Below are positions 30,793-41,049 of a DNA stretch of 64,000 nt, one piece after another. The translations under genes were made by a program, and so were the position numbers. The stretch's first letter is position 1. Every line of letters starts with the position of its first letter. Source of the DNA: an uncultured Armatimonadetes bacterium (GTDB taxonomy: Bacteria > Armatimonadota > Hebobacteria > Hebobacterales > Hebobacteraceae); assembly GCA_963716175.1 (NCBI GenBank), contig OY970296.1:1056001-1120000 (forward strand), in the 5' to 3' direction. A model generated the notes under the pieces. The model saw nothing but the letters and a program-made list of their open reading frames with translations. It made no database searches and was not told where the DNA came from.

Positions 30793-31242
30793 ATGGCTGA
30801 CTCCGGTCTCATACTGGGCCTTTTCGATCGGTTGGGGACCCCTTTCAGGGCCGTCTGGCGCTGCCTACGTGGGCGCATAATCGGGTCTCTGCAGCTCGTT
30901 CCCCACGAGTCGTTGTGCTTCTGGCAGTCTGGCGCGCGGAACAGGGTGGGTGGGATGATTGTGAGGGCCGTGTTCCATGCGACGAATATGAGCTCCGATC
31001 CCATTTGGCTGGTGGCCGCTCGCCTCCGTAAGCCTGCTACTGGAGGCGTCGTGCGCGTGACCTATGAGATGAATGTCACGGGAGACTGCGCTCTGGAGCC
31101 AAAGAGGCGAATGTTCGCCCATGCGGATTTCTTCGTCGTCCCTCCCGTTTGCACGGCGTTCGAGGACTTCGTCGCGGACGTGGTGATAGTTGACAACCTC
31201 GGACATCCGCATCGCAGGCGAGTAGTCTTCAGACACCGATAG
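30793..31242 (+). CDS. Hypothetical protein
   Basis: ~149-aa beta-rich ORF. Confidence 0.5.
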   Translation: MADSGLILGLFDRLGTPFRAVWRCLRGRIIGSLQLVPHESLCFWQSGARNRVGGMIVRAVFHATNMSSDPIWLVAARLRKPATGGVVRVTYEMNVTGDCALEPKRRMFAHADFFVVPPVCTAFEDFVADVVIVDNLGHPHRRRVVFRHR

Positions 31243-31942
31243 TATGGCCATCCCGTCGCCTGCTGCCCGTTCACGCCGCCCACCTCGCCTTCGCCCGCAG
31301 TCCGGTCAGCTCGATCTTCTTCTCCATGAGCCGCAGGACAGGTCGCGTTATTGTAGTCCCCTTGTTCGAGCTGGGGATGTAGGCGGACTGCAGAGCGGCG
31401 CGCCCCACGTGGGCTTCAGGGCCGCGCTTCGTAGGCAGGTGATGGTAGAGGTGCGGCCGGTCACGTAGCGGGGCGTTCTTCGTCGGAAATGCCCATCTAG
31501 CGGCACTTTCCCGAGCGAGTCGAGGCCGAGATGGGTCAACCTGTGGCTGTCAGCCACCCATGGAGCCGGCCTGACATTATGCCCCCAACTGAAAGGCTGT
31601 GACCCGCGTGTCTGGGAACGACTGTCGCTCGATGGTGCGACGAACCCATGGACGGCGAGCCCAAGCTGGGGAGATGGCCGGAGCAGGGCAGGGCCCGGAG
31701 CCGTTCACCCAAAGCATCGGTTCTGCCAGAGCCAGAGCAGCGAAGACGCCCGGGCAACATCGTGGTGCCCGGGAGCATATGCGACGTGGGGGGTGTCCCA
31801 GTGGATGGGCGCACTGACGTCCAATTCATCGCGCCAGTGCAGCGTCCACGATCCCTATCACGCGCGGTCGGGGTAGCGGGATTCGAACCCACGAGAGGCG
31901 TCTGGGCGCATCCTAGCCTGATCTGCGACGATTTCGCGCTGC

Positions 31943-32035
31943 TGGCGGAGGGGGCGGGATTCGAACCCGCGAGGCACCTTTCAGCGCCTACGCGATTTCC
32001 AGTCGCGCTCCTTAGGCCAACTCGGACACCCCTCC
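31943..32035 (-). tRNA. tRNA-Ser(GGA)
   Basis: GGAGGGG/CCCCTCC acceptor stem, anticodon loop CTGGAAA, long variable arm, GGTTCGAATCC, encoded CCA. Confidence 0.95.
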
Positions 32036-32123
32036 GTGCCATGCTTGAGGCCGTTAACAGGGACCCCCCCTCCGGCCCTGCTCCAAGCCCCGTGCCGAGT
32101 ATAGCTTTGCCCGTGGCCCAGAG

Positions 32124-33221
32124 TCAAGCTGGTCGCCGTTCGCCCGCGATCAGCCCCCGGTAGATGGCCTCGATCTTGGTCACCGTTTGCTCCACATCGA
32201 AAGCCTCCTGCACCCGCCACCTCCCCGCCGCGCCCATGGCGCGGGCCTCCCCGGGATCAGCCAGCAGGCTCTCCAGCGCCTTCGCCAGTTCCGCCGGCTG
32301 GCCCGGCGCCACCAGCAGCCCAGTCTCTCCGTCCACCACCACCTCGGGGGTTCCCCCCACTCTGCAAGCCACGACCGGCTTGCTCAGCGCCATTGCCTCC
32401 AGCGCCGCCAGCGACAGCCCCTCCTGAATGGAGGGCAGCACGAAGATATCCGCCGCCTGCAAGAAGGGAAGCACATCCCGCTGGAATCCGCAGAAGATGA
32501 CCCGGTCGCCCACTCCCTGTCGCGCGGCCTCCCGCTGCAGGGCTGACAGCAGCGTCCCGGTCCCCACCACCAGCAGCCGCAGCTCATCCCAGCGCGGCTC
32601 GCTCACCAGCATCGCCACCGCTTCCAGCAGGTCCCGGTGCCCTTTGGCCGGAGCCAGCCTACCCACCGCAATCAGCACGGGCGCCCCCTCCGGCAGACCC
32701 CACCGCGACCGCAGCGCCCCGCCCTCATCGGGTCGGGAGAGGGTCCGTAGGTCCACCCCGTTGTGGACCACAGTGATCCGTTCCGGCGGCATCCCCTGCG
32801 CCACCAGGTGCTGCCTGACCGCGTTCGAGACCGCGATGATCGCGCGCGCCCAGGTGAAGCACACCCGGCTGTTGAGGCCGTGCACAGTGGCGACGGCCGG
32901 GATCCCCGCCAGTCTGGCCGCCCAGCTGCCAAGCAGGCTGGCGGTAGAGAGATGAGTGTGGATGAGCTGCACGCCCTCCCGTCGCAGCCACCACACCAGC
33001 CGCGCCAGCATCGCCGGGTCCACCTTCCCGGTCGCGCGCGGCGCCCGCACCGTCAGCCCCCGCGCCACCAACTCTGCCACCAGCGGCCGCCCGCGAGGGC
33101 AGATCACTGTCACCTGGTGGCCCCGCTCGCGCAGCTTCTCCGCCAGCGTGGCCACGTGCACCTCTGCGCCCCCGATCTGCGAGGGAGTGATATACTGCAC
33201 CAAGCGCAGAGGCCCGGTCAC
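32124..33221 (-). CDS. Glycosyltransferase family 4
   Basis: IGGAE; VGRLAPAKGH; FVLPSIQEGLSLAALEAMA. Confidence 0.93.
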   Translation of the reverse strand: MTGPLRLVQYITPSQIGGAEVHVATLAEKLRERGHQVTVICPRGRPLVAELVARGLTVRAPRATGKVDPAMLARLVWWLRREGVQLIHTHLSTASLLGSWAARLAGIPAVATVHGLNSRVCFTWARAIIAVSNAVRQHLVAQGMPPERITVVHNGVDLRTLSRPDEGGALRSRWGLPEGAPVLIAVGRLAPAKGHRDLLEAVAMLVSEPRWDELRLLVVGTGTLLSALQREAARQGVGDRVIFCGFQRDVLPFLQAADIFVLPSIQEGLSLAALEAMALSKPVVACRVGGTPEVVVDGETGLLVAPGQPAELAKALESLLADPGEARAMGAAGRWRVQEAFDVEQTVTKIEAIYRGLIAGERRPA

Positions 33222-33943
33222 GGACCCGCTCGCTCTGCCCGCCAGAGCTTGTAGCGGAAGCGCGGCAGCACGTTATAGCGGCGGATGTTGATGCGCGGCA
33301 GGGCCAGGGGGTCGTCCCCGCGCCGCGCCGCCGATCGCACGGTGGTGCAGGCCACCTCGTATCCGGCCCCTTGCACCAGCTCTCTCACCCGCGGGTTCCA
33401 TTCCCCATAGGGGTAGGCGAAGGACAGGCAGGCCTCCCCCAGCGCCTCCTCCAGCCGGGATCGGGACTCGGTGATCTCGCGCGCGGCCTCGCTTTCCTCG
33501 ACCTGCGTGAGGTGGACATGGCTCAAGGTGTGAGAGCCGAACTCAAGGCCCTCCCGTCTCATCTCCGCGATCTGGGCCCAGCTCAGCATGGGCTCGGCCA
33601 CATCCCCCGCCGCCTGCTCCCAGGAGTTGGTCCCCCCGACCGCGCCCGCCACCAGGAACACGGTGGCAGTCAGCCCTCGCTCCACCAGCGCGGGAAGAGC
33701 CTGCTCGTACAGGCAGCGGTATCCGTCATCGAAGGTGATCACCACCGGCCGCGCCGGAAGCGGCCCCTGCCTCCGAGCTATCTCCAGCAGCGGGATGCTC
33801 GCATATCCATGTCCCACCAGGTAGTCGAGATGGCGGCGGAACAGCCCCGGCGACACATAGTGGCCGGCCACGCGCGCCCCACTTGGCGGCCGGCCGATCT
33901 TGTGGTAAAGCAGAATCGGAATGTTCGGTTCCCCACTCATCAT
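33218..33943 (-). CDS. Polysaccharide deacetylase (CE4)
   Basis: ILLYHKI, ITFDDGY, FGSHTLSH, FAYPYG. Confidence 0.92.
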   Translation of the reverse strand: MMSGEPNIPILLYHKIGRPPSGARVAGHYVSPGLFRRHLDYLVGHGYASIPLLEIARRQGPLPARPVVITFDDGYRCLYEQALPALVERGLTATVFLVAGAVGGTNSWEQAAGDVAEPMLSWAQIAEMRREGLEFGSHTLSHVHLTQVEESEAAREITESRSRLEEALGEACLSFAYPYGEWNPRVRELVQGAGYEVACTTVRSAARRGDDPLALPRINIRRYNVLPRFRYKLWRAERAGP

Positions 33944-34094
33944 CCCCTGGCCTGTTCGCTCCCCCCGCAGCACGCTCCTCCCCGCGCCGGCCAAACCGAG
34001 GGCGCCCACCGTAGCCTTGGCAAAGGTGGGCGCCCTCTCCACGAGCGCTGCGGACTGGTCCATCCGCCAGCGCGAAGCTTATCTACCAGTAGCG

Positions 34095-35633
34095 CTACTC
34101 GACGATGAACCCGAACTCGCGGCGGAGCTGGATCAAGTCACCGGTCTCGTCCGCCACGGAGGTCACCAGGGTGTAGATGCCCGTGGGCAGGTCCAGGTCG
34201 TCCTTAATCGACCACGCTATGATCCAGTAGGGATCCCCGGTCTCCAGTGCGGCCTGCCTGGCAGCCGTGATCTCGAGCGCACCCAGCATGATCAGCTTGG
34301 TGAAGATCGGCGCTGTGGGCCCCGCGGACTTGAACAGCTCAAACTGAATGTCCCAGGTTCCCGTCGGGGTCACGATCCCAGTCGGGCTGGCCGGGAACAG
34401 CAGGTTGAAGCCAAGCCGCACCGCATCGAAGCCCACATAGGCGAAGAGCGGCGTGCCCTCCGGCACGCTCTGGACACTGGTGTACCCGACATAGTCTGCT
34501 GCTTCCGGGTCCACCTCAGTCACCGCCGGGCCCGCCAGCACGATCGGCGCCCCGGTCGGCATCACGAAGGCGCGCCAGATGAACGTCGCCATCTGGTCTC
34601 GCCTGGTCGCTAGGGCCGGGCCGTAGGTACCATCCGGGAATCCTATCGTTACCCCGTGGTCCACGGCGAACTCGATGTACTTGAAGGCCCAGAAAGTCAC
34701 GGGCACATCCGGGAAGGTGTTGATCGCCGGCCCGGAGGGCACGTTCTCATCTCCACCCACCATGCCACGGGAGATGTAGGCTGCCATCTGATCCCGCGTG
34801 ACCACCACGGTGGGACGATAGGTGCCATCGTCATAGCCCAGTACGATCTCCTGGTCCGCCAGGGCCTCGATCTGCGGCCTGGCCCAGAAGATCGAATCAA
34901 TGTCGGAGAACTTGTGCTCGAAGGGTGGAAGCGGTGACTTCAGCGCGCGGGCGATGTACACTGCCATCTGATCCCGCGTCACTTCGACCGCAGGTCGGTA
35001 GGTCCCATCGTCGTAGCCTAACACGACCTCCGGCACTCGGCCTGACAACTCCTCCACCCAGAACCGGGAGAAACCACCTTCCGTGCCCGGCTCGATGTCC
35101 GGGAACCGGCTCACCACGACCGGGTTGATCGCGGTATCACCGTTATCGGTGGTGATCAGCACCGGCGTCGGCGTGGCCGGGTGCGCCAGGATCCAGTTGC
35201 AGTCCAGCGCCAGATCCAGGCCCGGAGCCGTCGCATCAACCATCGGTGGACCTGTCGGCTGCTCCTCCAGGTCATACTGCAAGCTGGTGATGGGCGGCGC
35301 GGTGATGGTAAACTCGAGCAGCAAGTTGGCGGTCGGCGCGATGGTCGGGATGGTGACGGGCGCGATGGTGAACCCCCACCGGTCGATCGGAGAGGCTGCG
35401 GTGGTGATCCCCTCTACCGACACCAGTCCAAAGGAGTGGTTCCAGGTCGAGGTGCCGTCGTTCTCCAGGTTCACCGAGACACCGGCGGCCTGATCCCACT
35501 CCAGCGATTCCGGGAAGCTCTGGTTGAGCAGGTCCCAGCTATCCACCGGGGCCGCGGCAAGAGCCGCCCCAGACCCCAGGCCGAGGCAGAGCGCCACCAG
35601 CACTGCGGTCCATAGGTACTTCATCTTCGTCAT
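34095..35633 (-). CDS. Secreted SLH-domain protein
   Basis: Signal peptide; three RDQMA SLH repeats; paralog of the C-terminal half of 36355..41049. Confidence 0.88.
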   Translation of the reverse strand: MTKMKYLWTAVLVALCLGLGSGAALAAAPVDSWDLLNQSFPESLEWDQAAGVSVNLENDGTSTWNHSFGLVSVEGITTAASPIDRWGFTIAPVTIPTIAPTANLLLEFTITAPPITSLQYDLEEQPTGPPMVDATAPGLDLALDCNWILAHPATPTPVLITTDNGDTAINPVVVSRFPDIEPGTEGGFSRFWVEELSGRVPEVVLGYDDGTYRPAVEVTRDQMAVYIARALKSPLPPFEHKFSDIDSIFWARPQIEALADQEIVLGYDDGTYRPTVVVTRDQMAAYISRGMVGGDENVPSGPAINTFPDVPVTFWAFKYIEFAVDHGVTIGFPDGTYGPALATRRDQMATFIWRAFVMPTGAPIVLAGPAVTEVDPEAADYVGYTSVQSVPEGTPLFAYVGFDAVRLGFNLLFPASPTGIVTPTGTWDIQFELFKSAGPTAPIFTKLIMLGALEITAARQAALETGDPYWIIAWSIKDDLDLPTGIYTLVTSVADETGDLIQLRREFGFIVE

Positions 35634-36155
35634 GCCTCGCCTCCTTGCTAGGAGATGGCTGAATCACTACCAGCGCCAGGCCCACACCGCCCGCCTGGCG
35701 CTCCCTAGAGGCCCGCCTTTCGTGCAAGCTTCTGCGTGACCACCTCCTCCCCTCCCGATCTCGCGAGCCTATCGCATCGGGCAGTGCTCATACCCGGCCG
35801 ATCACTCCGGCGACCGGGCCGCAGAGTCAAGCAGCCTGCGGGGCCCGAAGGGCTCTATCGGTCACCCTGCCACGCCCTTTTCCACGGTCCCCTGGTCTCT
35901 CCTGCCCAGCAGGAGCCCGGGATGTGCCAGAAAGCCCCCTCTCCTCCTGGCCTCTGTACTCTCCATATTCCATTTCCCGCCTGGCGGCACTAACACGCCC
36001 CTGACATTGCCACACGCCCATCCGCCCCTCTGGACCCCACCCCCGCCCGGGGGCTGCCAGGGCCAGGCAACTGCTCTTACCCTGTCCAGCGCAGAGATTC
36101 CTGTCTCCCCTGGGCACCTTCATCATGGAACCCCCCACCCCGCCCCCCTCCGACC

Positions 36156-36257
36156 TGTAGGGCGCGATCCCCTGATCGCGCCTGGCGGGGTCCCTAGGCC
36201 TGTGGAGGCCGGGATGGCGGCCCGAAGGGCCTAGCCATCAGGAGACCCCGCCCTACA
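36156..36257. repeat. GTAG-type REP doublet (REPIN-like)
   Basis: TGTAGGGCGCGATCCCCTGATCGCGCC ... CGCCCTACA. Confidence 0.6.
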
Positions 36258-36261
36258 AACG

Positions 36262-36293
36262 CGGACCGGCCCGGTCTGCACCGGGCCGGTCCG
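36262..36293 (-). terminator. Stem-loop downstream of the large SLH gene
   Basis: 14-bp perfect IR CGGACCGGCCCGGT-CTGC-ACCGGGCCGGTCCG; weak U tract. Confidence 0.6.
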
Positions 36294-36354
36294 TCCACGC
36301 ACTACACTGTCCTTAGTCGGTCACCCGATCGCTCGGGAGACCAACCGAGTGGTC

Positions 36355-39300
36355 TTAGAGACCCTTGAACATGATGTGGTCAATCCAGGCGAAGCTGTCC
36401 TCGGTCGCAGCGTCCAGCCCGATCTTCAGCCAGAAGTTCGGGTTGCCATTAGCCGCTGAGGGCAGCTCGATCTCCTCGCTGCCGCCTTCCAGGTCCACAC
36501 CGGTCGGGTTCGACCAGTCCTGGTCGGACAGCTCGTAGATGGTCTCGTAGGTGAGGCCGCCGTCCGTGGAGATAGCCACCGAGAACACCTCGTCCTCAGC
36601 CAGGAAGCTGGCCGCGGCGTTGAAGGAGAGCACGATGTTCTTGAAGCCCACGGTGGAGATATTGCGCTCTGCCACCTGGGTCTTCGTGAAGATCATGCTG
36701 TAGCCATCCTCGGCATAGTCATAGGCGTCGCCGCCCTCGTCAACGCTGGGCGCTCCTGTCCAGAGCATATCCGAAGGCGTAGGCGTCGGCAGGCCGGTCA
36801 ACTTCCAGCCGGTCTTGCCCTTGATATCGGTCGGGGAGATGTAGCCAAGCATCCCGTCGTCGTCGAAGTTCTCGACCCAGAACCGGCCGTAGGACCGATA
36901 GGCCTGCTTCCGGCTCAGCTCGGACCAAGCCGTTCCGCCGACACCGGTCGGGGTGCCGATACTGACCGCCAGCACGAAGTCGCCGTGCTGCTTGTCAGCC
37001 GCGGCCAGCGCGGGCGTTGGCGTCCCTTCGGGCAGCTCCCAGTACGCGGTGAGGTACGGGATGCCGCTGGCCAACCGATCGTCATACTTCGTGTCAATCT
37101 CGGCCGCGTCCCATTCCACAGTCTCCATCCGCTCCGAAAGCGTCGCCGGAACGGTCGGGTACTTGGCGGCGCGCAGCTCGAACTTGACCTTGAAGGTGTC
37201 GGCGCCTGAGACGATCCCCTTCAGGCGGAACGCGTCAAAGCTCACGTAGGCCGTGTTGGTCTGGTCCCAGGAATCGCCCTCGAAGATGTTGCGCCATCCG
37301 GCGTATCCGCGGTGGACGCACCGGTGGTCAATGTCTTCCTCGTTGTCAACGTCGTCGTCGCTCCAGTCCTCCTCGACCGTAACGACGTGGTCGAGCACAT
37401 CAACCGGATCGAGCGACGGCGCTCGGATGGCGACTTCCTCGTCCTCGTTGATCTCATCCAGCTCCTGCTCGTCGAGCGGGATCTGGCCAGTATCTTCGTC
37501 CGCGCCCTCGGACGCCCACCATCCAAGCACTACCGAGTCCGTGATCGCTGGTCCGGCCAGCACTACCGGGGTTCCGACATCCCGGATGAAGGCCCGCCAG
37601 ACGTAGACCGCCAACTGGCCGCGGTCCACCGGGTCGGCCGGCCGGTAGGTGGCGTTCGCTGGGGTGTCGGGCACGCCCGCATAGCCCTCAACGTAGGAGG
37701 CTATGCCGGTAGGCGTATTCCTCAGGGCGTAGATGAACCGGGCGAACGGGTTCTCCACGATCACGCCCGGCGATAGCTCGATGGCGTAGGACACGTCCTT
37801 GAAGGGCTTGATCTTGTTCGCGAGCAGATAGCCCTCAGCGGGCAGGTTGATGCCCGCCGCATTGACGTAGTCCACGCCGTTGGCGATGAACTTCGCCATC
37901 TGGTCGCGGGTCACGATATTCTCGGGCCCGAACGTGCTGTAGTCAGGCGGGTATCCCTGGACGATGTTCAGACCGGCCAAGGCCAGGATGGAAGGCGCGG
38001 CCCAGTGATCCCTGGGCACGTCGCGGAACCGGTTGACCCAGGCGGCGGTCGGTATCGCCATCGCCCGCTGGATGTAGACCGACATGGTCGCGCGGTCGAG
38101 CTGCATCGTGGAGCGATAGGTGAAGGTGCCATCTTCCTCGGCGAAGCCTTGGACCACAAACGGCGCCTTGCCTGCCAGCTCCTCGACCCAGAACCGGGCC
38201 CAGTAGCCGTCCGTATCCGGCCCGATGTCCGGGAACCGGCTGATCACCACCTGGTCCTGCGGGGAGTTCACGGGCTGCCGCTTCACTCCCGGCATGGCGG
38301 TCTCCAGGTTGTCGTAGACCCCAACGGGCTCATCGTCGTCATTGAACAGGGTCCAGTTCAGCCCGATCACACTCGTCATGGCGTCGGCCGGAGCAGTCAT
38401 GCTCACCGGCACCTTGTACTTCATGGTGCTGATCGGCGGAGCCACGACGGTGCCCTCGAAGCCATAACTCTCAGCCCCGGGAACCTCGATGTCCATGTCC
38501 TCTGGGATGATGATGTTGCTGAGCTGGTCCGGCCCGCCGGCCTCTACGGTCTCGCCGTCGGCGTCGGCCGCGGTCAGACCCCAGCGCTGGATCTGGATGC
38601 CCTGACCCCAGGGATTCAGCTCGTCAGGATTGTCCGAGCCGTCCGCCTCGGGGACCGGGTACGGGGTGACGCCCACGTTGGTGGGACCGACCACCTGGGC
38701 GAGGTAGAAGTCCTCCTCCCAGGAGGCATTGCCCACATTCCGGGCGCCGACCACGATGTCCGCGCTCTCATCCCAGGACAGCGCACTGGGCATATCCGTT
38801 TCGTCGGCGTTGGCGATATACTGCTGTATGCCCGCGCTCATCCCTATGTTGTCCACGCTCAAGCCGCCGTACTCGGTGGGGTACTGACCCGCCACGGGGA
38901 CGAAGTAGTCCGTGGGCCCCATCACCAGGCGGAGGTTGGTGGCGCCGCCGGGGACGTCCCACTCGAAGTCCTTCTGCCATCCCTTGGACTTCGCGTACTC
39001 CCCGAGCTTCTCGTAGGCTTCGTTGATCCCCAGGTCGTCGAAGATCCCGTCGCCCTCGGCCGGGCTCTCCCAGATCGTCTCCCAGCACACGCCGTACACG
39101 TAGACGTTGTCCAGGTAGGCGATGCTCTCGGTGGCGCTGCTGCCCACCATCCGGAAGCGAATCTGGAAGTCCGGGTTGTCCTCCGCCTTCTCCCACAGGG
39201 CAGCCGTGCTGATCACGGTAGGATCTGCTGGGTTGCCCACCAGATCCGCGGTGCGACCGGCCTGCTGCTGCCTCGGGAACCAGAAGCGGTAGGTCTTGAG

Positions 39301-41049
39301 CGCGCTGTCGATCCCAGGCGTCGCGCCCACGCCCGGCGCCACGACCACGTTGGCATCGGCATCATGCCAGGTGGCCAGCGGCAGCCAGACCGGCTTGCCC
39401 GCGTTGGGGTCCGTGGGACCCGTGCCGTCAATCGTGGTCTGTCCATCCCACCACTCGGCCACGATCGCGTCCGCCGGATCGTTGAAGTTGGTAGCGATGT
39501 CCACGAAGATCGTGTCATCGTACAGCAGGGACAGGTCAATGGGGATCGCCAGGCCCTGCGTTCCCAGCAGCCTGACGCCGTTGTCCTGCTTGCGCTTGTG
39601 GAGATCCAAAGCGTAATCGCCCCAGGCATTGATCAGGGGCATTCCCGTGTAGGCCAGGGAATCTGGATCGCCCGCAGGCAGACCCGAGATGGTGTAGTCC
39701 TCGCTGATCCCATCCTCGAAGCCCTCCTCGAAGTAGGTGCAGACGAGGTTGTCCACTTCGCCCCAGATGCCGCTCGTGCTGGCAGCGTTCTTCGGGCTGT
39801 TGCAGCCGCACATGCCGCCGTCCGCCTGGAGGGCGACATGGTCGTACAGCGCACTCTCGACGGCCAGCCACCGGTCGGCCACCACCTTCACGTTCCCGCC
39901 GCACAGGCCGCCGCCAATCCACCAGTCATCGGGGTTGCCCTGGTCTATGCCCGTGATGGGATCCCAGGTGGCCCCGATCATGTCACCGCAGTTCTGGCGG
40001 GTGCGCAGGCCCATGTACAGGTACTTGGGCGCCATGTTCCCTTCGTAGTTGTCGCCGACGTTATAGCCGAGGATGTACCCGACCTCATCGGCCGACTCTT
40101 CCCAGTACTCATTTGCGGCATCGTAGGCCGGGTCAACGCCCTTGATGGTAGTGTCGTAGGGCGGCGGCAGCCCGGCCGGCAGCGGCTGTCCACTGGTCCC
40201 GACCTGGGACTGGGCGACCTGCCATCCACCCTCGAAGATCCAGGGGCCCATGATCCACCAGGTGTCGAACATGTTATTCTCGAGCGCCGCCTGTATCTCC
40301 GACCCATCGGCTACCCCGATGCAGTCGAAGTAGTCAGCGCACGTTGTGCCCGACACCCACGGGCAGTCGCAAAGGTCGTTGACCACCGAGGATAGTGCGA
40401 CGGAGGCGATATTCCATCCGCCGTACTCGGCCTCACCGTCGGAGATCAGTCCGAAGCGGATCTGGACCGCCTCCTGGTTGTCGGCCACCGTGGACAGGTC
40501 CACCGTGGCCGTCTGCGGACCGTTGGAGTTCCACAGCATGTAGTCGCCGGCCTGGGTCTCGGTGTAGGGCTGGTTCGTGGCGGGGGTGCCGTTGGCCCAG
40601 ACCTGGACCCACTCGTCGCCATTCGAAACCTCCACCACCGCCTGGTCGTGGCCCATGTCCTGGACCGCCAGCCAGAAGGTGAAGGTGAGCTGGACGCCGA
40701 TCTTGTCGGTGCAGTCCACCTCGCTGGAGGTGGCGTACTCCTCGCTGTCCGGGCTGTAGTTCCCGGTCAGGTTGGTGCCGATCACGTTCCCGACCAGATC
40801 CTCCCCCTCCTGAGCGCCAACCACTTCCGCAGCCGTTGGGTCTCGGCCCCGGAACAGCGAGTCTCCGCCCTCTCCGCTTGGCATCCCCCAGGCCCAGTCC
40901 GGACCATCATAGGTCCAGCCCGGGTTCTGGCTGGCGATGTCCCACGCGAGGGGCGTGAAGTCTTTGCGGTCTGCGAAGGCCGATGAGGTGCAGACGAGCA
41001 CCACGGCCACACAGACCAACAGCAACAACAGGTACTTCATTTTCGACAT
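36355..41049 (-). CDS. Very large acidic surface/S-layer-like protein with SLH domains and repeated MAM/InhA-like beta-sandwich domains
   Basis: Signal peptide MSKMKYLLLLLVC; QIRF..GWNI-type modules; RATMS/RDQMA/RGQLA SLH repeats; AAGGAGG RBS. Confidence 0.85.
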   Translation of the reverse strand: MSKMKYLLLLLVCVAVVLVCTSSAFADRKDFTPLAWDIASQNPGWTYDGPDWAWGMPSGEGGDSLFRGRDPTAAEVVGAQEGEDLVGNVIGTNLTGNYSPDSEEYATSSEVDCTDKIGVQLTFTFWLAVQDMGHDQAVVEVSNGDEWVQVWANGTPATNQPYTETQAGDYMLWNSNGPQTATVDLSTVADNQEAVQIRFGLISDGEAEYGGWNIASVALSSVVNDLCDCPWVSGTTCADYFDCIGVADGSEIQAALENNMFDTWWIMGPWIFEGGWQVAQSQVGTSGQPLPAGLPPPYDTTIKGVDPAYDAANEYWEESADEVGYILGYNVGDNYEGNMAPKYLYMGLRTRQNCGDMIGATWDPITGIDQGNPDDWWIGGGLCGGNVKVVADRWLAVESALYDHVALQADGGMCGCNSPKNAASTSGIWGEVDNLVCTYFEEGFEDGISEDYTISGLPAGDPDSLAYTGMPLINAWGDYALDLHKRKQDNGVRLLGTQGLAIPIDLSLLYDDTIFVDIATNFNDPADAIVAEWWDGQTTIDGTGPTDPNAGKPVWLPLATWHDADANVVVAPGVGATPGIDSALKTYRFWFPRQQQAGRTADLVGNPADPTVISTAALWEKAEDNPDFQIRFRMVGSSATESIAYLDNVYVYGVCWETIWESPAEGDGIFDDLGINEAYEKLGEYAKSKGWQKDFEWDVPGGATNLRLVMGPTDYFVPVAGQYPTEYGGLSVDNIGMSAGIQQYIANADETDMPSALSWDESADIVVGARNVGNASWEEDFYLAQVVGPTNVGVTPYPVPEADGSDNPDELNPWGQGIQIQRWGLTAADADGETVEAGGPDQLSNIIIPEDMDIEVPGAESYGFEGTVVAPPISTMKYKVPVSMTAPADAMTSVIGLNWTLFNDDDEPVGVYDNLETAMPGVKRQPVNSPQDQVVISRFPDIGPDTDGYWARFWVEELAGKAPFVVQGFAEEDGTFTYRSTMQLDRATMSVYIQRAMAIPTAAWVNRFRDVPRDHWAAPSILALAGLNIVQGYPPDYSTFGPENIVTRDQMAKFIANGVDYVNAAGINLPAEGYLLANKIKPFKDVSYAIELSPGVIVENPFARFIYALRNTPTGIASYVEGYAGVPDTPANATYRPADPVDRGQLAVYVWRAFIRDVGTPVVLAGPAITDSVVLGWWASEGADEDTGQIPLDEQELDEINEDEEVAIRAPSLDPVDVLDHVVTVEEDWSDDDVDNEEDIDHRCVHRGYAGWRNIFEGDSWDQTNTAYVSFDAFRLKGIVSGADTFKVKFELRAAKYPTVPATLSERMETVEWDAAEIDTKYDDRLASGIPYLTAYWELPEGTPTPALAAADKQHGDFVLAVSIGTPTGVGGTAWSELSRKQAYRSYGRFWVENFDDDGMLGYISPTDIKGKTGWKLTGLPTPTPSDMLWTGAPSVDEGGDAYDYAEDGYSMIFTKTQVAERNISTVGFKNIVLSFNAAASFLAEDEVFSVAISTDGGLTYETIYELSDQDWSNPTGVDLEGGSEEIELPSAANGNPNFWLKIGLDAATEDSFAWIDHIMFKGL

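Noticed and set aside
38005-40395. 796-aa plus-strand ORF, and similar long ORFs such as 58119..60203, 41695..42975 and 49078..50406
   Set aside because: Antisense or off-frame shadows of well-supported genes, as expected at high GC.
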